Assembly (NCBI RefSeq): GCF_006345805.1 | Contig: NW_021835047.1 | Coordinates: forward strand, 1-43,193 | Source: Octopus sinensis | Taxonomy: Eukaryota | Reading direction: 5' to 3' | Length of the DNA: 43,193 nt | Part shown: piece after piece, positions 35,600 to 43,193 of the stretch | How the letters are laid out: every line of letters starts with the position of its first letter | Position numbering within the stretch: the first letter of the stretch is position 1 | The notes under the pieces: generated by a model | Seen by the model: the letters and a program-made list of their open reading frames with translations, nothing else | What the model was told of the DNA's origin: nothing | Database searches by the model: none | Position numbers and translations under genes: made by a program

Positions 35600-36240
35600 G
35601 TGTACGGAAATAGGAATTAGACAAAATGAGGCTGTGAATTGAAGCCATGGAGGTGTAAGTTCCTAAATAGAAGATGTGTTTTGTTCCGTCATTAAGGAGA
35701 AACACTCGCAAGGTTCAACGTCATGGGCCATGTGGAGGGGTGAGAGGTGAGAGGTGGATAAGTCTTCAGAGCAGAAATATTGTGTGGGAGACAGTCTAGA
35801 CTGATCTCTATGAGGCGTAGAAGTCGGAAAGCAGTTTTCTCGATGTAACGGGATGCAGAGGGGACGTTCGAGCTTGGTGACAATGTCTCTGATGTTTAGA
35901 AAGGCAAGAATGAATGTGGAGCAAGAACAGGAGGAAGGAAGAGATTAAAGTAGGACATAAAGCTGCGAGATGAGCTATGGTGAGGAGGGGCTATGGTAGG
36001 GAGGAGTTTTGGTGGGGAGGAGCTATGGGGAGGAAGAGCTATGGTAGGGAGGAGAGATGATGGGAAGGAGTTATGGGGGAGAGTTTGAAGGAGGGCTGCA
36101 GGTCGGTGTGATTGAAGATAATGAAGGTGGCGATGAAGAAGTTGGTGAGGCAGAGACGTCTTCAAAGTTGACAGAGTTATTAGAGACAGATGAGATAAAA
36201 TAGAAGAACTTAATGAGCTGACAATAGCGATAAAAGTGTT
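35600..36240 (-). mobile_element. Decayed Penelope-like element (second GIY-YIG type)
   Basis: Minus strand KHIFYLGTYT then, frameshifted, LHGFNS resembles the xIFxLGTxxPxGLN terminus; upstream PSASRYIEKTAFRL resembles the YIG motif. Confidence 0.5.
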
Positions 36241-36326
36241 TAGTTGTTCCCCAGAAAGAAAGGAAGAAAGAAAGGAAGAAAGAAAGGAAAGAAGAAAGAA
36301 AGATAGATAGACAGACAGATAGATAA

Positions 36327-36367
<41 letters not shown>

Positions 36368-36559
36368 ATGATGATGGAGAGAGAGAGAGAGAAGGGATGG
36401 TGTCGCCGATGCAGTCCTTTATGCAATAAACGAATATCTCCTGAGAATTGGACCAGTGAATTAAAAAAATAATCTATCGACCTCGCAGTTCATATCAAAT
36501 GGTATGAAATAGTAATCAGCACGGTAAGTTAATTAGTGTTGCGTTATTATAAGAATTGG

Positions 36560-36877
36560 GAAAGCATGTGGCTTAGTGGTTATGTATGTTCGGCCCACAA
36601 TTTTAAGATCGTGGGTTCGATACCCGATGGCCGTTGTGTTCTTGAGCAAGACACTTCATTCCAAGTTGCTGCAATTCATTTAGCTAACAAAATGAGTATT
36701 ACTTGTAATTCAAAAAGACAGCCTTGTCACTTTCTGTGTCGCACTGAAACACCCCTGAGAAGTAAGGTTACGCGTGACTGTGGAGCACTCAGCCACTTGT
36801 ACGTTAATTACACAAGCAGGCTGTTCAGTTGATCGGATCAACTGGAACATTCGTCGTCGTAACCGACGGAGGGCCAG
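36560..36877 (+). mobile_element. SINE family C-related copy, degenerate
   Basis: GTGGCTTAGTGGTT...GGGTTCGATACCC head; CTGTGGAGCACTCAGCCACTTGTACGTTAATT...GTCGTAACCGACGGAG tail. Confidence 0.8.
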
Positions 36878-36939
36878 TTAAAAATAATTACAGGTCTCTA
36901 AATAGTGATGTTATATACTTCTTAATACTGTGGTACTAA

Positions 36940-37130
36940 CGAGGCGGCGAGCTGGCAGACTTGTTGGCGCCCCGGGCAAGACGCTTAGCAACATTTAGTC
37001 TGATTACGTTCTGCGTTCAAACTCTTCCGAGACCGACTTTTAAAAAATTTTTTGCCTTTCATTGGAGTCAGTATAATCGACTTAGCCCCACTCTCACTGG
37101 AATCGCTGGCCTCGTGTCAAAATTTTAAAT
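36940..37130 (+). mobile_element. SINE family B, degenerate
   Basis: AGGCGGCGAGCTGGCAGACTTGTTGG...GTTCTGCGTTCAAACTC. Confidence 0.7.
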
Positions 37131-37432
37131 CAGTGTTATTTGTACTAAACTATTAAGCACACCACATACAAATATATATATATATATGTATACATGATAA
37201 CTTTGCAATACGTTCAAGAGTTGATATTCCCCGTCCTCAGATCAGTTCTTTGGTTATTAGACATTTCTGGTGACATGGCATTCGTGTTTGTGGCGTGTTG
37301 CTTGTGTGTCAATTGTAACTTTGAATTGCAGTATGAGTGGTGTCCCATTCATCAAATTTGTGTCTCTATCACTCGTTCTGTAAGGTGTAGTTGTATTATC
37401 GTTTAATATTTTCTCTATCTAGCTTTAGGCTG

Positions 37433-37915
37433 AGTAGAGACATCAGCCTCGCTACCAAATGCAGATTGGTGAGTGCAATCATCTTCCCAAATGGCAACAC
37501 ATGGATGCGAGACGTGGACACTAAAGAAAGCTGAGCAGAAGAGAATTAATGCATTCGAGCTTTGGTGTTGGAGAAGACTTTTACGGATTCCATGGACAGC
37601 GAGGCTCTCCAATGGAGAAGTTCTTCTTAACCAGATCAGGCCGAACCTGTCGCTAGAAGCTTGGGTCACCAAGCTTAGATTGGCATATTTTGGTCATTAG
37701 GCGGAGAATATCTCTGGAGAAGGACATCATGCTCGGAATAGTCAGTGGCAAGAGGAGAAGAGGCCGAATAAGAACCCGCTGGCTTGACACCATTAAGAAT
37801 GACACGGAAATGGCCATAGCCAATCTGAAAGAAGCGACCCAGGATAGAATTGGCTGGAGTACACTGATCCACCGAGTAACTGAGAGTCGACTTCGACTGA
37901 GCGGATAGACAGATA
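37433..37915 (+). mobile_element. 5'-truncated BovB-like RTE LINE (ORF C-terminus)
   Basis: With two frameshifts: SRDISLATKCRLVSAIIFP-MATHGCETWTLKKAEQKRINAFELWCWRRLLRIPWTAR...KLRLAYFGH-IRRRISLEKDIMLGIVSGKRRRGRIRTRWLDTI...RVTESRLRLSG*, closely following the BovB/RTE terminal region. Confidence 0.9.
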
Positions 37916-38460
37916 GCTTTGTTTTGTGGTGTGCCGGATCGCATTGTCTGTTATAATTGATTCTGATTGTAAATGAATATTGAGCCTACGAGAGAATCTT
38001 GTAGTTGTGTGTCAGATGTAATAGTTATATGAAACAAACAAGTGGATTCTCGTAGAATGACAATGATCACATATTTACGACCAGGAGCAGTTGCTACACA
38101 AACGAACAACACAACAGTCCATGGAACAAAAATAGAAAAATATATCAACCTCATACTTTATAGAATTCCTTACAGACAGAGACGTTTGTTATATGAAAGT
38201 AATATTTATACAGTAATATGACGCTGCAATTAACACGTAAACACTATACCTCACAAACGAAATAATCGAGTCACTGATAGCGAATAACGTGAAAAGCTAA
38301 AATGACGAATTTGATGACAATAGACTCGAAGTCTGATGATATGAAACTCTAACACACTGGCTGCAATGTATAATATTATATATATGGACCGTCAACATGA
38401 AACATGCAGGCCTAGAGGATCATTTGAAATTTCCTTTTGAACATTTTCTGCATTCACACC

Positions 38461-38612
38461 TATTTCTTTACTACCCACACGGGCCTAAACACAGAGAGAA
38501 CAAACAAGAACAGACAAACGGATTAAGTCGATTATATCGACTCCAGTGCTTATTTAATCGACTGGTACTTATTTAGTCGACCCCGAAAGGATGAAAGGCA
38601 AAGTTGACCTTA
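38461..38612 (-). mobile_element. SINE family B 3' half
   Basis: TATTTCTTTACTACCCAC...GACCCCGAAAGGATGAAAGGCAAAGTTGACC. Confidence 0.85.
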
Positions 38613-39404
38613 TTTCACCTTAAACCTCTAACTAGTTTATTTCTATGATTATGAATAAGAGAAACGTTTGTATCTATCAACATCGCATTATTCAGATAAG
38701 ATTGTTAAAAAAAACTTTATACCACACAAAATTTCGCTAAAACAGTTATGACTACAATTAATAACAACACGACCGATAAAAACGCAACTACAGCACCAGG
38801 AAGTTATCTTAGAAGACGTCAATACTCTTCTGATTTTACTTGGACTTTATATCTAAATCAAGATCTACTTCGATGCTATGAAACTTCCTTGAAGACCCTT
38901 CTATCGGATATATGAAACAATTAAAAAAATATTGGCACGTAGCTCACCCCATTCAAGCACTTTTATTAATTATGGGCAACTGCTTCGAAACACCCAACTT
39001 TATCCAGATTATATAAGATACGGTTTTCAGAAAAAGAAACCAACCAACAAACTCGCACATTACGAACATAATCTGTAAGTGTGGTCCTTGGGGTGATGGG
39101 GGGGGGGTCCGTATAAGATTTTGTTGTTAATGTCTATGTGGAATAAATGGGTTATATTTCTTCAAAGTACAATACTTTTTTTATACAATTCTTGATAATT
39201 TTTAATTATGAAAATATAATAGAATTTAAAAACCCTAATTGGCTCTGGGAGTCCAAGCAACTAAGACAGGAATGAAAGGGGTCCATAGGTGAAAGATGGT
39301 TGGGAGACCCTGGTTTAAATTGATATGAGAAATAAGGATTGAAATAAATCGAGAAAGAAAAACCATTGAATTTGTCTGACAACCCAACATCTAAGTCTGG
39401 GTCC

Positions 39405-39535
39405 AAATTCCGTCGAGGTCGACTTTGCCGTTCATTCTCTCGAAGTCGATAAAATAAGTAGCAGCACTGTGGGTGGTTATAAGCGTCTTATCTCCTCCCC
39501 CGAACTTGCTGGCCTTGTGCACACATTTGAAACCA
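39405..39535 (+). mobile_element. SINE family B fragment
   Basis: CAAATTCCGTCGAGGTCGACTTTGCCGTTCATTC...GTCGATAAAATAAGTA. Confidence 0.7.
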
Positions 39536-40469
39536 ATATATAATATATGTATAACTATGTGTGTGTGTTTGGTGTAGGTTCCACTGAGCTTTAGAATCAG
39601 GTCAGATATAATGGAGTGAAACTACAACCGAAGGTCTTCAGTCAAGGTCTCAACAGATTTTGTTGAGACAATGTAAATTTAGATCGGCACAATTCACTGC
39701 TTCTATCTCTTAAGAGAGAAGGATGTGTTTTTAATGTAAAGCTTGTTATTTTTAGCAGATCAAGAATCTCCGCAGAACTCCCTTCAATTGGTTCCTGCAA
39801 ATGTTATTTATTAACAGAGATGTTAACATACAGCATGCAAAAAAAATATATACTATCTTAAGCCTGCATGAGTAAATGTGCATGGAAGAAGATAAATATA
39901 GATGTGTACACACTGCCAGAAATAGAGAATATATCCTCACAAATATATGATTACTATTCAAATGTCATAGAGAAACATCAGCAAAGATATGCGTTTGATG
40001 TGAGGAGAATAAATATATCAATAAGCATGGATGCACAAACATCCACTCGCAAAGAAATATATACATATGTATTGGCGTACACACTCCCCCGTCGATGTAT
40101 GTGTAACTCCAATGTTATTTATAGTTAAACAATATAAGCACTAAATATGCGAGTGTGTATGAATTCATATATACATGTACACGAACAACAGATTGTGCTA
40201 TTCTTCTATATGTGTTTATTTAGATATTTCCTTGCGGTGCGTGTCCTTTCTGTCTTTGTTATTTATTGTTCGCAAAAGGTTTCGCAACACTGAAGGAATA
40301 CACATTCGCCATAATATTACATTTGATCTTACATTCCAATCTTATTATATCTCTTTATTCTATGAAGTATTTATGAACTTCCTGATTCCCACTACACGCA
40401 TTCTCTTACGTATAAATTTATCATCATCATCATCATCATCAACAACAACAACAACAGCATTATTCATTT

Positions 40470-40612
40470 TTTATTATCTTTTAGTGATTCTGTTGTTGCT
40501 CTTTCCTTATAGAGCCCGGATCCAATCCATGATCCTTGGAATGTTAAAGGATCGGTTTTTACTGTTTAACGAAGATCACCATTCGATGTGGGCTGTTCCC
40601 AGGAAGCGGATT
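40470..40612 (-). mobile_element. Very short R4/Dong-like 3' end
   Basis: Minus strand GAATCCGCTTCCTGGGAACAGCCCACATC encodes LGTAHI (RLE terminal KSALLGTAHIL motif), followed by a UTR and a trinucleotide tail. Confidence 0.45.
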
Positions 40613-40739
40613 CTTCTTCTTTTCTTCTTCTTCTTCTTCTTCTTCTTCTTCTTCTTCTTCTTCTTCTTCTTCTTTTCTTCTTCTTCTTCCTCTTTCTTCT
40701 TCTTCTTCTTCTTTTTCTTCTCATTATTATTATTGGTAA

Positions 40740-41274
40740 GGCGGCAAGCTAGCAGAAACGTTAGCACGCCAGGCGAAATGCTTTGCGGTTCAAATTCCGC
40801 CGAGGCCGACTTTACCTTTCATCCTTTCGGGGTCGATTAAATAAGTACCAGTTACGCATTGGGGTCGATGCAATGGACTTAATCCGTTTGTCCGCTCTGT
40901 ATTTAGCCCCTTGTGGGTAGTAAAGAAATAGGTATTTCGTCTGTCGTTACGTTCTAAGTTCGAATTCCGCCAGGGCGATTTTGCCTTCCATCCTTTCGGG
41001 GTCGATAAATAAAGTACCAGTTACACACACTGGGGTCGATGTAATCGACTTAATCCCTTTGTCTGTCCTTGTTTGTCTTCTCTGTGTTTAGACTCTTGTG
41101 GGTAATAAAGAAATAGGTATTTCGTCTGTCGTTACGTTCTAAGTTCGAATTCCGCCAGGGCGATTTATAAATAAAGTACCAGTTTCGCACTTGTGTCAAT
41201 GTAATCGACTTAATCCCTTTGTCTGTCCTTGTTCGTTCCCACTATGTTTAGCCCCTTGTGGGTAGTAAAGAAAT
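40740..41274 (+). mobile_element. SINE family B followed by two tandem partial repeats of its body
   Basis: TAAAGAAATAGGTATTTCGTCTGTCGTTACGTTCTAAGTTCGAATTCCGCCAGGGCGATTT occurs at ~40921 and ~41107. Confidence 0.9.
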
Positions 41275-41985
41275 ATATACACACGCACACGCACACACAA
41301 ACACACACACACATACACACACACACACACACCATTTATTCACGTGCGCATGCGCACATACAAATCTGAAAATACAATCAAATAATACAGTTATTCGATT
41401 TCTTATTAATTTTTGGTTTCATTTGAAATTCAGCTTGTTTAGCTTCTTATTGATTTTTCCTTTGCGTTTTCATGAATGAATGCCCATTTTTTACTTATTT
41501 TTTTATTTATTAATTTTACTTTTCCTTCTGGCGGAAATAATATAATAAACACTCCAGTTATTTTTAATCCTGTGATATCTGATTGATTTTTACCTAGAAA
41601 CCGATCTGACGCATCATTTCTCTTCTCACTTCTGGAAGGTGTGTACCGCTGGTTGGCGCACGCCATTAAAATTGTATATTTTCGTCGACGAATGGAGAAT
41701 ATTTTCTGTTTAAACAGAACAGTAATAATAATTGCATAGGTGTGTTTTTGAGGATTTTATTTTAATTCGTTTTATTTTATTTTTATCGAAAATTAATGAA
41801 ACAATTAATAATTTCTAGAAAAGAAATATGCTCTGATGAATATATTTCTATAAATAGACACCGGTGTATTTAGTGTGATTTCGTGTAATTAAATAATTTA
41901 TCAATAGCTGAAAATATATATACATACATGCGTCTGTGAGTGTCTGTGTGCATGCGTATGCGTGTGTGAACATATATGTATATAC

Positions 41986-42440
41986 AGGCGCAGGAGTGGC
42001 TGTGTGGTATGTAGTTTGCTTACAAACCACATAGTTCTAGGTTCAGCCCCAATGCGTGACTCTTTGGGCAAGTGTCTTCCACTATAGCCTCGGGCTATAT
42101 ATATATATATATTGGAAGGTTTGGAGGTGATGTACAGGTATTATATATTAGAAGAAATATGATACTCAGAAATCTGGATGATTTTATATTTACAGATTTT
42201 TATTCATGTCACATATTTTTATAAATGATATATATAGCGCTTGTGTATGTATGTGTTTGTGTGTCTGTGTTTCCTTCCCCCTACCCACCACCACCACCAC
42301 CATCGCTTGACAACCGGTGCTGGTGTATTTAGGTCCCCGTAACTTAATGGTTCGGCAAACAAAGAATAAGTCCTGGGCTTGACTAAAAGGCGCTACTCCA
42401 GCATGGTCGCAGTCAAATGACTGAAACAAGTAAAAGGACA
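41986..42440 (+). mobile_element. Degenerate SINE family A with a ~120 bp insertion in its internal (TA)n
   Basis: Family A head and tail; the insert at ~42113-42230 resembles the reverse complement of ~16335-16400. Confidence 0.8.
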
Positions 42441-42479
42441 TGTGTGTGTGTGTGTGTGTGTGTGTGTTTTAAGTGTGAA

Positions 42480-42590
42480 CAAATGCATGGCGACATTAAG
42501 TGTTTCAACACAACGCACCACCGTGTCCGGGAATTGAAACTGCAATCTTCCCATCGTGAGAACAACACCCTAACCATTTGTCTACGTTCC
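42480..42590 (-). mobile_element. SINE C-type tRNA head fragment
   Basis: CACCGTGTCCGGGAATTGAAAC...ACCCTAACCATTTG on +. Confidence 0.55.
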
Positions 42591-42789
42591 TTATCTTTAG
42601 CGGGTTTTAAGCAAATTTAACGATAGGTTTTCATCTTCTAATTTCCTTGGTGATCTCAGTTAATCAATGTTTTTTTCAAACCATGGTATTGCGTTTGTGT
42701 CACGCTAACGTATGAAGATACCGCAATGGCTCCTACACAAAAATATCACCGACAAATAAAGATAGAACTATCTACATCGAAACCATAAA

Positions 42790-43193
42790 CGAATGTACAA
42801 GGTCTGAAATTTCTATATTGAGGGGTAAGTCGATTTTTTTACTCTAGTCACAAGGCCCGAAATTTGTGGAGAGGGGGCAAGTCAATTAAATCGACCTCAG
42901 TACTCAACTGGTACTTTATTTATCGACCACGAACGGTTGAAAGGCAAAGTCGACCTCGGTGGAATTTGAACTCAGAACGTAGCGACGGGCGAAAAACCGC
43001 TCAGCATTTCGTCCAGTGTGCTAATTATTCTTTTCTAATTTAGACACTAGGCCCGGAATTTTGGGAAAGGGGGACAGTCGATCACATCGACCCCAGTACT
43101 CAACTGGTACTTCATTTATCGACCACGAACGGTTGAAAGGAAAAGTCGACCTCGGTGGAATTTGAACTCAGAACATAGCGACAGGACAACGGA
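42790..43193 (-). mobile_element. Tandem SINE family B variant units, 196-bp period
   Basis: TACTCAACTGGTAC at 42901 and 43097; GACCACGAACGGTTGAAAGG at 42925 and 43121. Confidence 0.9.

Overview
AT-rich, microsatellite-dense eukaryotic DNA, almost entirely intergenic or intronic. The SINE families and the (TA)n/(TAA)n/(GT)n load look like octopod cephalopod (Octopus-like) genomic DNA; this is recognised from memory and was not verified. No intact protein-coding gene, rRNA, true tRNA gene or CRISPR array is supportable, and the long ORFs in the track are translated simple repeats. The window is a mosaic of: (i) at least four tRNA-derived SINE families, two copies with clear 13-bp TSDs; (ii) many Penelope-like element (PLE) remnants, including two GIY-YIG endonuclease relics, several fold-back inverted repeats and about eight hammerhead-ribozyme-like motifs, one of them an almost complete type I hammerhead at 28421-28473 (-); (iii) LINE fragments: CR1-group, R4/Dong-type RLE ends next to trinucleotide repeats, a BovB-like RTE 3' end and an L1/Tx1-type ORF2 end; (iv) a ~1.3 kb element carrying only a decayed ORF1 with a zinc knuckle (HAL1-like candidate). 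The best leads are the hammerhead/fold-back architecture, a 204-bp-arm near-perfect palindrome, the ORF1-only element and the BovB-like RTE. Boundaries of degenerate repeats are approximate.
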